Positions 11,380-23,887 of a stretch of 44,500 nucleotides of DNA are shown piece by piece. This DNA is from Bigelowiella natans CCMP2755 (taxonomy: Eukaryota > Protista > Cercozoa): positions 1 through 44,500 of the forward strand of contig ADNK01001589.1 in assembly GCA_000320545.1 (NCBI GenBank), written 5' to 3'. The notes below the pieces were generated by a model. It had not been told where the DNA came from and made no database searches. It saw only the letters and a list, made by a program, of their open reading frames with translations. The position numbers were made by a program, and so were the translations under genes. Positions within the stretch are counted from its first letter, which is position 1, and every line of letters begins with the position of its first letter.

Positions 11380-13359
11380 TGCTTCGTCGAATCAAATCAT
11401 GAGTCGGTTTTGCACGTTGTCATGCGCAACGCTAGAACGCAGCAGCTGCGACATGCAATGCACTGCGCTGCCTGGTCACGCCAGCACGCTTCGCGGATTG
11501 CACTTGGACCACAAAAAGTGTTCTGATTGATGACATTCACGACAATGCCAGAACGTTGCTGGCATTTTGCTGTCAACCGACAACAGTCCCACGCTAGCAC
11601 GTGTGAGCATGATGATGTGCTCGATCCCGGCACGATCTAGCGATGTGTGCGGTGATTGACGCAGCTTGGACCAAACAAACAAACCACACTTGCTTCATGC
11701 TCTCGATCACAACGAGCCAGCGAGGTCATGAGGCTCGAGATCGATGAAGCGATTGGCGCACAATCTAGCAATTGTTGCTCGTGTTCTCGATCGAGCCACA
11801 ACAAACAACATTTTCCAGCTTTGCGTGCGAGCGACCGCCGCTAGCGCCGTGCAAGCACGATCGCCTCGATCGAGCCACACTTTGCGTGCGAGCTCTGCAC
11901 TGCTAGACTGCTGTCCACAACCAGTCTAGCAGTGTGTTGACGTGTTCCAGTGTTGGGACAGCTTGGACGCGTGCGAACAACGTCATCATTGAAGCACACT
12001 TTTGAACACCAACAGTCCAAACAGTGCGAATCTTTCTTTCGCATTTGAGTCAATTCAGCCTTTTGGCGCTCCACTAGTTCAGCTAGCCAGCCTTGCCCAG
12101 ATCCAAACGTGCAACTTCAAACTTGCTAGCTTGCTGTGGCCCTGAAAAGTTCGGACACAGTTGAGAACCAGCACGTGGCTTGGGCTTGGCTGGACTTGCA
12201 ACAGCTTGCTCGTGCGAAAGCTGGAAAGTCCACGTTCATTGTCATTGGTGATGTCACGATCGCGATGTGGGACCAAAATTGACGTGCCAGCGTGTTCCAG
12301 TCCAGCAGTGTTCACGAACGACAGCGCATGGCCGTGAAAACTGCAGCAATGTGGGATCCAGGGATTGACACTGCGCAACACTGCAGCATTGCTCATGGAT
12401 GCTGGGATGCTGGGATGTGCGAAATGGTTCGATGCCTGAGTTGAAAGGCACCATGCACGTCTCTTTCAACGTGCGAAGTGAAGTGCCTCGAACTGGCTTC
12501 AGTGAGGACTGACTAGCAAACTAGCGGGGTTCATGCAAATTGGCACAAACTGAACATTGAATGCATCACAAATGGCAGCCAAATGACGACGACGCAAAGC
12601 ATCCATCCTGAGCAGGAACTTTCTGACAGTCACGTCCACACGGAGATCAACGTTGGGGACAACCGAGGGGGCGCCGAGGAAGACACCAGTCTTGACAGAG
12701 TCAGGGGCATCAAAAAGTGAAGAGCAAGCAGGAGACACAGGGCTGAGAGTTGCTCTGATGCCGGAGAACAATTGAATTCTCACTGTCAGCACTCAAGTGA
12801 GCACAATGGTGGACGAGGTGGTCAACACTTTGCACAAACTGTGGCGCTCAGTGCAACTGGACAACACCGGCATCGCAAAGAGGGCAGATCGAGGATGAGG
12901 GGGTCAAATTGCAAATTTTGGCCCTGAGTTCTTTGGTTTCGCAAGTCCCAGCACGAAACTGAAGTTTCAGCAACACACCTGGGCAAACGTGCCACTCACC
13001 TGGATGGCGTTCAAACAGTCCCAGAGTCTGGAAGCTGGCCCACCAACATGCCAGCATGCTGGCATGGCTCTTGGCCCAAGCTCTTGATTTGGAGATGGGG
13101 GCATCGGGTTTGATGGACAGGCAAGAGCTGCGACGCAAGTTGCCATTGGTGGACAGTGGAGCCCTGACTCCACGGTTTGCAGGTTGAGGTCCAGAGTGTG
13201 ACAAGACATTTGCAGTGTGCGAAACGCCACGCTGGCACGTGATGGATCATGAAGCCAATGTGGCTAGCCGACACAAGAGGAGAGACAAAGGAAAATTCTG
13301 ATTTTTCCTCAGAAATCAAATCATTTGATGCATTTTTTTCCAATTGTCGCAAGAAGCGG
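11380..13359. other. TpA-erased repeat/TE block (all surviving TA within CTAG)
   Basis: Manual count: 13 TA dinucleotides in ~1980 bp, every one in CTAG; none at all between ~12525 and 13262. Confidence 0.92.
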
Positions 13360-13370
13360 TAGTGCACGGG
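12500..13370 (-). mobile_element. Decayed, 5'-truncated non-LTR retrotransposon (LINE) ORF2 C-terminal fragment
   Basis: Broken frames give HYRFLRQLEK..., FERHPGEWHVCPGVLLKLQFRAGT...CPLCDAG...LEC and RIQLFSGIR...VFLG...VRKFLLRMDALR. These resemble the post-RT region, CCHC zinc knuckle and C-terminal tail of LINE ORF2; frameshifts and stops are present. Family assignment is by eye. Confidence 0.65.
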
Positions 13371-13581
13371 ACTAGCGGGTAGTACCAGTTGCTCCTTTTG
13401 TTACTACAGAAGAAGACGAGTTGAGACCGACAGGAGTGCCAAGGACCCCGATGCGGCTAAGGGAGCTGAGAAAGCTTCCAGAAGAAGCTGCGCGGACCTG
13501 AGGGCGGCCTGTGCACTTTAGCTTCTTCGGTAGATCTCGAAAAGTTTCGTTGGTTGCCAAGCTGAAGAGCAGCGAAACACC

Positions 13582-16500
13582 ATGCGCCAGGTTTTTTTTT
13601 AATTTTGAACATACTTCTTTAGCCTTCATTTAATTTGTTTACATTCACAGGCGTTGACGGCGTCCACATCATCCAAACACCAGTTTCGTGATATCCAGAA
13701 ATGGTTCCTTTCGCTGTCACTCACAGAGAGGATCAGTGTCTTAGCAATAGAAGATAAGGACGAAGTTCGCCTCATTCACAACATGTACACGAAGAAAAGA
13801 GAAAAAGGCCCCGAGAACGGCAAAGGCTCATTCACTGGGATATTCTTAGCAGTGGGCGAAAGTGGTACTTAAATCATGCGTAAATATTCCAGCATCTACA
13901 ACATCAGAAAAAATGGTATTTCCTTAGAGCCCGAGCTCCCGCATATTCATCACAGCAAATTGAAGCGAGGTACGGTTCCAACACCCACGTGTACTATCCA
14001 TTCATTCTGAACGACTTAATTATTTAGATCTTTACATGAAAAAAATGAGCAAAATAAAGGTATCAGATTTCCTCTTCAGAAAGAACCAGAAATCAGGTAA
14101 CTAAAATGATACCTTTTCTGTATGAACACCGCTAATTTGTTTTGTACAGATATCAAGGTTCAATACCCGGAAGAAGATTTGCGCCTTGAAAGTTCTATAC
14201 GATTTAGTGATAGTAAAGAATACTGTGACACAATCACAATATCCAGCGATTTGTTGAAGGATGGAATTAGATTCATCGATACACTCGACAAGATTACAGG
14301 CGGCAAGTTTATGGGGGATCCTTGCTATGTGGGATGGAATGAAAAATTAAAGCAGTGGCAATGGGGTAAGCCATCATGGTTTGGGAGGCTTGTGCGATAC
14401 ACTCTTTCAACATACGTTGCTTCGCGTCTCGCAATGACAGTTTGGAAAAATTACTGGAACTATACGGGTATGGATCCTAGGCTCCCAGGGGTAGAAAGAA
14501 AGAGATCTCTTCCATTGAAATTGAGGAGGAAAAAGCTTGTAGAATTAGAAGTTTTAAGATCAAAGAATCATATAACTAATATTTGGGAATCGGTGGATTT
14601 CGAGAAACGAGATGACATATTAAACAGCATTATGATCGGTATGGTTAAGAATGGACGTTCGACTTCAGAGAAAGCATCAAAGGAGCATTCATTACCAGTT
14701 CTGACAGAAAAATATTGCAGGGCTTTGACACAGCTTTTGCAACGTATATGCGAGGAGCAGGATTCAGAGCACTTTTCGCGGACATCTTTGAAGCGACAAG
14801 CAACACTTTCAAATCAATCTGGAGAACCGTCATCGTCATCAGTTTCAAAGATTGCATCATCTAATATACCCGCTAGATTCTTGTGTCCCCAAACGAATAT
14901 GATTTTTTTGGATCCCAAAAGATTGGTCGATGGCAAACTTTACGAAGGTGAAGCAATCACTGGTAGAGTTATCGAAGGCGAATTACATCCTAAGTTCATG
15001 GAAAGTTCCAAGATATTAGCAAAGCTAAAGTTAGACATCAAGAGTTACCTTGAACAACATCCAGACAAAAAGCGATTTCAATACAAACCAAAAGGAAAAA
15101 CAAAAGTGAGGGAAGGAATTTTACTTGCGGAAAAATTAGGAGCATTATCTGTTTCAAGCTCAAGTGATTGTCGCATCATAAGCCAAGAAGAAAGAAAAGA
15201 AATTGAAATTAGAACTATGCTACGAGAGTGCAATAGAGTTAAAAAGGAGAACTTCATTGAATATTTATTCTTCACTTCGCTACCCAGATTCAATACTCCG
15301 TTTGACAAGGCATTGCGTTGGATGAGAATCAAAATCCAGCAAGCTTGTGCAAACAAAATGAAAATGGACCTGATCATGGATGAGGAGATTGAACGCAACC
15401 AAAAAGATGATAAAGATAGAAGGAAAAGAGCGAAGAATCGTGAGAAAAGGATGAGGCGAATGAAAGCAAAGTCGATCGATTGTAAGAGGAGTGGCCAGAT
15501 CTCAGAAGTTGAAATCAGAGAATCTGTGAAAGCTAATAAAAATCCTGTAAGTAAAAATCTCAACAATGTTAATGTTCATGCGGTTCCTCAAAGGAAAGTG
15601 AAAGCAGCAGTCCAGCAGAAAATGTCGATGCATCAAACCACTATGAATGCTAACGAGTTTAGGAGCGGGGCTGCTTCGACAGCTATAATAAATCATCCTC
15701 GAAATATTGGCAATGGAGACAACTTTCTAGCAGGAGATCATGCAGATATGAAGATTGTTACTAGTAAAAAGAAGAAGCGAAAGAAAAAGAAGAAAACGGT
15801 GGCCAAGCACGCAATAAATAACAATATGAATGTCTCAGGACATGATTCCATACTCAGTCGAAACGATAAAGGAGGCAAACAGAAGCCACACGCAACAAAA
15901 GATGACTCCCAAATTGACTCAAGCTCTAAGATTCATTTTACTGTTCTGAGCGAAAGATCTAAATGTGCGCACGAAGCCAAAAAGGACGCCTCTACAGCAA
16001 AGTCTACTCGTTCTAGCTTGCTACAACAGCAATCTCCTCCAAAGGTTGGTCCGGATAGTAAACTCGCAGATCTGCAGCTCAAAAACAGCAATGATTCACC
16101 CGCGGCAGGAGCAAGAAACTCTACATGCGCTGCTGCTGCTGCTGCTGCTACTACTACTACTACCACTGCCATCGTCTCTAATTTCAATGATGATGATCAA
16201 CCTCATCATAACAATTGTTCTTCTACACAGAGGAGCAGCAATCATAGCACTACTTCTGCTACTACCACTGCTCACCAGCGGCATCCATCAAAACAACAAC
16301 CCAAGAAAAAGAAGTTAGCATCATCGAAGCCACCTCCGAGTCCTGACCCACCTCAGGCACTTGACCACTCCAGTAGGAAAAGAAGTCAAAAATTCCTAAA
16401 AGCCGCAATTGAATCATCATCGTTGTCGTCGTCGTCGTCGTCAGCATCAACGTCCTCGAAAAGGACATTAGGGTCATCTGTCAAATCTCTTGGAAGTAGT

Positions 16501-17674
16501 AGCAAGCACATCCGGAAACTATCGTATGAAGATTTTGATGTGAAAGGGAGGGAGGTAAAACACAGGAACACGATGATGCCTTTGAGCAAGACAGCTAAGA
16601 ATAACAGCACTGGCAAGAAAAAAAAGCAGCAGCAATTATATCATCCTCATCTTCATCATCATCAACTATTGTCATCATCTAAGCGGTCTGGCATTGGTGG
16701 GGGTGGCGGATCATCAGACTCCACAGCATCATCATCCACAACAAACGATGCCAACAACTTCCTCATAGCTTCATCAGGCCTCTTATTTGCTGATGAGCAA
16801 CGATTTAAAAAGTCTAATAAGCCACAATTGATTCAACGGCGACGATACCGTGTTCCTACTTTGAGTCATTACAATCCACGAACGGGGTGGACAATCCCAG
16901 ATTCAGCTCCGAAAACCTTTGATACAATTAATGAGGAGTTTATGGGAAAGATAGGAGGAAGAGTTCCTTTCGCTTCTGGCCAAACATTCAACAATTATTA
17001 TGCACATAATGAATATCATCGTCATCATCACCACCACTCTCCCTTTGGAATTGCACCAGGAACACCTCAAAATCAGCAACCGAGTTTATACTTGGATGTG
17101 CAGCTCCAAGTCAAGAAACCTCCCAAGGTTCTGGGAACCTTTCCTGGCCCTACGACTACTGCTGCTCGCACTTCTACTCCTCCTCCTGCTACTACTACTT
17201 TTACCAAAACTACTAAGCAAGTTGAGACTACCAGTGCTACCACCACTACTACCACCACTAAAACAACAACTCCTAATCCTGATGTAGCGCTTAAGGCTAC
17301 TACTAATACTGCTTTGACAGCTTCTACACCACCACCACCACAAACAGCAGCAGCAGCAGCAGCTGGTGGTGGTGGTGGTGGTAGTATCGTAGAGACAAAA
17401 AATGCAGCACCGGTACTTCTTCAGGGGTGCTCATCATTCTCCTCGGATTCCCCAGCCACCACAACCACCACTACCACCACCACCACCACTCCCACTAAAG
17501 CCACACCAATAGGAGGAACAAAGCTACTTGCGGGTAGAAGTCGTAGCGGAAGTGGAGATTCAGGACTAACATCTGTTGATTGCTTTTCCTTACCGCAACA
17601 GCAGCAACAGAAGAAGCAGCATCATCACCATACAATATTACGAAATAATATTGCGACTGCTGCTGCTACTGTTC

Positions 17675-17710
<36 letters not shown>

Positions 17711-19831
17711 CACCCCTCAGTGGCATACCGCATCACCACAATGGTTATCACCAACAGCGTCACAAGCAACAGCAGCATCATAAGCAACATCGGGAGCAAG
17801 TATTATTATCATCTTTGGAGAACAATAAGCAAGATAGAGGCGATTATGGCGATGATAGATCTTCTACTACTACCAGCAATACCAACACAACGTTTGATCA
17901 TGCAAACAAAATGATACTTATGGACAAGCAACATTGCGCAAGAGTTACTGGACATCGTACTGCAAACACTCGTACCCGTTGTCGCAGCCTTGAAATCAGG
18001 AATCATCGGCGAGGGGGTCCTGGGAATAGTAGTAGCAACGGTGGAAGAACAACGGAAGATCATTGGTTTCAACACCAGCATGAAGTCGTTAATTTTGCAG
18101 CAGCACCAAATATTATCGATCGAAGCGGAAATCTAATCATGGCGCCTACACATGCAGTTCATCTGAATTCACGTCGTAGTAGTGATGAGGTGGTTGTTCC
18201 GACATCTTCTTCTTCCTCTTATTCTTCTGCTTCTTTACCTGGTGTGATATCAGCATCAGTACCTACTATCCCTCCTGATCCTGTGATGGTTCCTCTGCCC
18301 CCTCCCCAGGAGGTTCATGTCCCGTGTTGGATTGCATTTTTGTGCAATTTAAGTAGTACTACCACTACTATTGGTAGCAACACTGACGTGAAGAAGAGGA
18401 CGACAACGACGACGATGGCAACTGCTGATGATGAGCAGAATGATAGATTGTTAAAATATATTCAAAAAATTCGTAAAGCAATGCCAAACAACGGAAGTAG
18501 GGAAAAAACAACAACTCCATTACTTTATCATTTCGTATCTCGAATGATAGATACGACAGATTCTAACCAGATCATCGCACTAAAGGAAGAGATACAACAT
18601 TTCGAGTTTCTTGTGACATGTCTCGTCAAACAAGCTAGCACGGTGTACGATGAAATTATAGGTAGAGTTGCAGATACTGTGACGACAATTTGGTCGGATT
18701 CTCAGGTGGAAAAGTTTGGTTCATATGCTACTGGTTTAGCCTTACCGTCGTCAGATATTGACCTTGTGGTATCGAAGATAGGTACTACTACTAGTAGTAG
18801 TAGTACTGGTGGTGGTGATGATGGCAGCAGGGACGACAACAGCAAGAAGAATGATAAGAAGAATTGCACGAACAGCTGTATGGAAGTAGACAGAGGAAGT
18901 TTTATCAAAACCATTAAGAACCAATCATCTTCAAATCCATTGGAGTTGTCATCGTCGTCGTCGTCATCATCATCATTTCGTTTCTTTTCAAGATTTCAAT
19001 GCCTAGCAGAAGCATTGACAAGGCACCCTTGGATACAGAATGTTAAAGCGATTGGTACTGCAAGAGTTCCAGTCATAAAGCTAAACGCTATTATACGCAA
19101 TAGAACGGTACCTGTGGATATTACGTTTAATCTAGACAACAATAACAGCAAGAAGAAGCAGAAGAAGAAGAATACAGCAACGACGATGGCAATGGGACAA
19201 GCAGCATCGACTAATGGTGCCGAAAGGAGCACTGTTCACAATGGGGTAAGATCGGTCAAGTTAATCACAGGTTACTTGACGCGGTATAAGCCACTCAAAC
19301 CGCTCATGCTAGTTTTGAAACAATATTTGTATGAGAAGAAACTAAACAACATTTATACTGGTGGGCTAAGTTCATTTTGCTTGGTTCTGATGATAGTTGC
19401 ATATCTAAGACATCAGCGGTCAAAAGGTAATAACGACAACGACGACCACGATGACGACGACACAGGAAAGTTGTTGTTAGGGTTCCTTTCTTGGTATGGA
19501 AACTTTAACTACGATAAAACGGGTATCAATCCAGAGGCAAAGGAGCCTGAGGAGAAGATATTCTTTACAAAACAAGCGGAATCATTTAAGCTTACCATAT
19601 TGGACCCTTTCGATGACGATGAGAACAAATCCATACATTCTCGCCGAAACATCGGTGAAGGAGTGTGGAATATGGTCAAGGTTAAGAGTTCTTTCGAGAT
19701 GGCAAGACAGCTCCTTTGCAACTGGCGGCCAAGTGCATCAAGTATTTTTGGTGTAACTCAGCTTAGAAGATTTATTCAAGGACCCGGTAAAACATTTAAA
19801 ATCGGTCTAAGGATTCAAGATACTACTACTG

Positions 19832-19864
<33 letters not shown>

Positions 19865-20561
19865 ATGCGAAGAAAGATGCACCACAAACAATAGCAGCAG
19901 AAACAGCAACAGCTACTAATGAGACTAAAGTTGTGTCGTCTCCCGCTGCTAATAAGAAGAGTGTGACAAAGAAGGAGAAGGAGGGGCCAAAATTATCGAA
20001 TCAACCAAGCTGTATTGGAACAAAGAAAGAAATTAGTCATCATCAGCAGCAGCAGCAACACCATCGACAAGATGATGATGATGATGATGATGTGGTACTA
20101 CAAGCTGCTGCTGCTGTAAGAACAGGCTCTCCTCACTTCTCTGCTCAAGGTGTTGGTGAAAGTGACCTCATCGACGAGGTGCTAGCTGCTAGTCAATCTG
20201 CACCTTCATCGCCACGCAGGGGGGGGGGAGATTTGGCGGTGGGAACAATGAACCATGTATCAAGACTAGTACCGTCATCATCATTATCATCATCATCCTC
20301 ATCGTTGTCGTCATCTTCGCTATCCATTCCTCGTCGCCAAAGGTTGCAGCAACATCATCATCACCACCACCACCACCAGCAGCAGCAGCAGCATCAAGTG
20401 CAATCTACGCTGAAATCAATGCATCATCCGCATAATAACCCTATAGTTGGTAACCACTACATTAGTTCTTCAGCTCATCACTATCATCATCATCATCATC
20501 ACAATGCTCCTCCTCCTCCTCCTCACCATCGTCGTCGTCGTCGTCAGCGTCATCAACACAT

Positions 20562-20592
<31 letters not shown>

Positions 20593-20937
20593 CAACATAG
20601 TACCAGGAGCAGTCTTCCACCACCACCACATACACATACACATAGCAGCAGTGGTAGTAGTGCCAATAATCACCGCGGTCACCAATACCATAGACGTTTC
20701 TATGGTCATCCTCCACGTGGTGAAGGAGAAGAAGGAGGAGGGGGAGGAGGAGTCTTAGGCGGTGCTAGTGCTAGTGGTGGAAATGCAATGGTGGTGCTTC
20801 AGCATGGAGAGATCAGATCGAAAGGAGGAGGAGGAGGAGGAGGAGGAGGAGGAGGAGGATTGACGTTAAGAAGAAGTAATAGTAGTCGTAGTAGTAGTAG
20901 TAGTAACAACAGCAAACAATTCCCTCACCCTTTTTCT

Positions 20938-20977
<40 letters not shown>

Positions 20978-21765
20978 TGTATGGGATGGTTAGCCCCTCC
21001 TCCTCCTCCTCTTCTTATAGTCATGAGTATCCTCTTATGATGAGGTCTGCAAAGTCGCGGGGAGGTGCCAGTCGTGGTTGTGGGGGTGGTGGGAGACAAC
21101 AAGTTAACGTACGTGTGACTACTACACAAAGAGATTATTATTCAAAATCACCATCTTCAAACAAAGATCCTGCAGCAGCAGCAGCCATTTCCACTGTTGT
21201 TCTTATTGACAAAAAGAGAAAGGAACATCATAGAATAGCAGCTTTTGGTGGAAGAAGAAAAAATTATTATGATGAGGAAGAAGAACATAAAGCTCCAAAT
21301 CAATCGTCGATAATGTTGATGACTACTCAAGGGGGGGGGGATGATGATAGCCGACTGAAAGCAGGAAAGAGGCCTTATTCAAGAGGACGGAGACGGCCAA
21401 TCGAAAGATCGGCTTCAGTTGAAGATTTGGATCATCAGCGAGTGATAACACACAGAAAGGGGGGCAGTAGTAACGGCACCAAGAAACTTGTCCAGGGTTC
21501 TTGTGTTAAAAAAGATACTGCTACTACTACTACTACTACTACTACTAACATATCAAGAGGAGCACACAAAGGCAAACCGACGAGTGGAAAATTAAAATGG
21601 AGTCAAATGGTCGGTAGTAAAAAGACCAATAGCGAACGATCTGTGGTAGCAAGAAAAACTAACTCTGAGACTACTACTACTCCTGATAAGCCGAATGGTG
21701 GCTTAAGGCTTAAGGATAGTAAAGCAATATGGAGGACGTTCGACAAAAAGACACTCAACTCATAG
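13582..21765 (+). CDS. Non-canonical poly(A) polymerase / nucleotidyltransferase, TRF4/PAPD5 family, MEE44-like architecture (~2650 aa)
   Basis: Pol-beta NTase motif FGSYATGLALPSSDIDLV, third Asp in VPVDITF, KPLMLVLKQYL..LNNIYTGGLSSF, PAP-associated LTILDPF..RNIG. N-terminal KWFLSLSLTERISVLAIED and DTITIS..RFIDTLDKITGGKF..YTLSTYVASRL resemble plant MEE44-type proteins. Proposed exons: 13582-13590, 13651-13864, 13928-13969, 14028-14096, 14150-21765; the start is uncertain. Confidence 0.9.
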
Positions 21766-22807
21766 TGGTGATAGATAGTAGTGCGAGATTGTTGCACAAC
21801 TTTAAGATGTTGGATGACTGTTGAATACTCTTACGTTGTTTGTCTAATGACATTAATCGTGAAACAAATATCGCTTGAAAATTGTATGTGTTCGTTGTGT
21901 CTGAATGCGGTATTGGACGCTTTCAATCATCTACTGAAGGTAACAGCTCAGTGTCGCGCAGCAAGTTTCTCCCTCGCATGTTCTAGATCTGCTAGAGATG
22001 TGCTAAGACGATGCCAGATTACGATACTAAAGATGACTGCATGATTTATTTGATTCGCAGTACGTTGCCAATAGTGCATGAATAATGCGCGTCATCGTGA
22101 TGAAGAAGCGGGCAGGCACGCCTTACTAGCTTATTAGCTAGTTAGACGTTGTGCATAGCAGGGCAACTAATGTACTAGCAAGGTGTGTGAGAGACTACAG
22201 ACACAGCTAGCCAGCACATACATGTATGTATATATCAATGTATGCATACATACATTTACACATATACATATAAAATACGGATGTAATGAAATGGTAAATA
22301 TTTTTCAATCCTCATCTCAATGTAGCTATACAAAGCAGCGGTTACAGCGCTTAAGTTGTATCTATTTGTTTCTATGCATTGTCCCATGTTGCATGCATGA
22401 GAAAGGATTGCAATTTGGACGGTCATGTCGCACTTTGCGCGCAGCAGTCAAGCAGTGCGAGCATATATATATATATATATATATATATATCATATATACG
22501 ATTGTCTATTGTTGAGTCTAGGGATTGTCGGACTGACAAATGTACTACTGGACCTGCTTGCCTAGCTTTGCTACGCTATAGATATCGCTGCTAGTATTTT
22601 ACTGCGCGCATCGTATTGCATCCCTAGATCCGAATATGCAAAGTGCGCCACGACAGTTGTGCAAGTGGCATGGCCGATTAGCGATGGAGGGTGTATTTCT
22701 CAAATGATCATGTACGAAACCAGATGCGTTTAATGAAATCTTTTGCATTTATCCTGAGAAACGTATTGCACATTTATATGCAAGTATGCATCTTAATCGC
22801 TGCCTGA

Positions 22808-23841
22808 TCACAATATGCTGCCGGCAATATAATCAGGAATGCCTTTTACAGAGCATATTGCATTTATGATCGCTCCAAACCAACGTACAATTGTAGTACG
22901 AATAATTCCTGCTTGCGGAGGAGGATACTGAACCAAATCATACCTGAATACCAAAACAGGGCGTGGCACGTTTGAACGATTTCCCAGGCCCCTATGAAGT
23001 GTACGAGCGTCGTAGACTTGCAAATAAAGCAACAAAACACCCAATTACGTCATGTTTGATTCACATCATCCAGAACCAACAACAAACACCGCAATCATGA
23101 TATATTTAGTATTACTAATTGCAGTTCCAGCATCAACATCGAGCCTCATTGGTTCTGATTTCCAGCAAATTTCTAAGACATCTATGATATTTTGGAACGG
23201 TTGGAGTAATGGAAGAAGTTGTGTTTTCAACTGCAACCAAGTGCTTCCCGGTGTAGCAGCAGCCCGCTGATGATTAGTCCTTGTCGGTGTTGTTGTTGTT
23301 GTTGTTGCGCTACTTATCCTATGTGAGCCTGGAAGCAGCTGTGTTGGACCCATTTCTAAAGTTACGTCTGTGATGAAGAAAGGGGAGAGGAGGAATTTAG
23401 TACTATAAGAAAGAGTGAAGAAATGGCATACACGTATAAATAATAAAGAAGTGTTTACAATTAGTAGCGCATTAGAAGTAGTAAACAGGAGTAGTAGCCA
23501 GAAGTTGGAGAAACACGAAGAGTTGGAAAAGAGAGTAGTATACTCGATAGCAATCACAACACACCCCTGGAAGTATCAGCGGCTCTTTATCATTATTTAT
23601 GGTTTTTGATTCGACATCGTGTCTCGCATGTTTGGAATTGCTGTGAAAGAAATATGGAAAGTACTGTAAATCACATCACTACTACTTCTTCTACTACTAC
23701 TACTACCGGTAAGTGGAATGATAAATGTCAATCCTTTCCTAGCATTATCTTGGTGGAAGAATTGGTTTACTGACCCTGGCATCGACGTCTGACATCATAT
23801 TTACACAAATACACACAAACACACACAGGTAGAGAAAGAAA

Positions 23842-23887
<46 letters not shown>

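Noticed and set aside
11380-13359. Explaining the block by CpG-methylation decay or classical RIP
   Set aside because: CpG is abundant in the block and RIP would increase TpA; neither removes TA while sparing CTAG.
11122-13566. AAGCTGAA at 11122 and 13559 as a target-site duplication, or TA|CCC...GGG|TA ends at 11101/13381
   Set aside because: The matches are short, there is no real terminal inverted repeat, and removing the insert does not restore a reading frame; TE boundaries remain undefined.
13865-13927. In-frame TAA at 13870 suggesting stop readthrough or an alternative genetic code
   Set aside because: It is removed by a 63-nt GT-AG intron that preserves frame, and other genes end in standard TAG/TGA.
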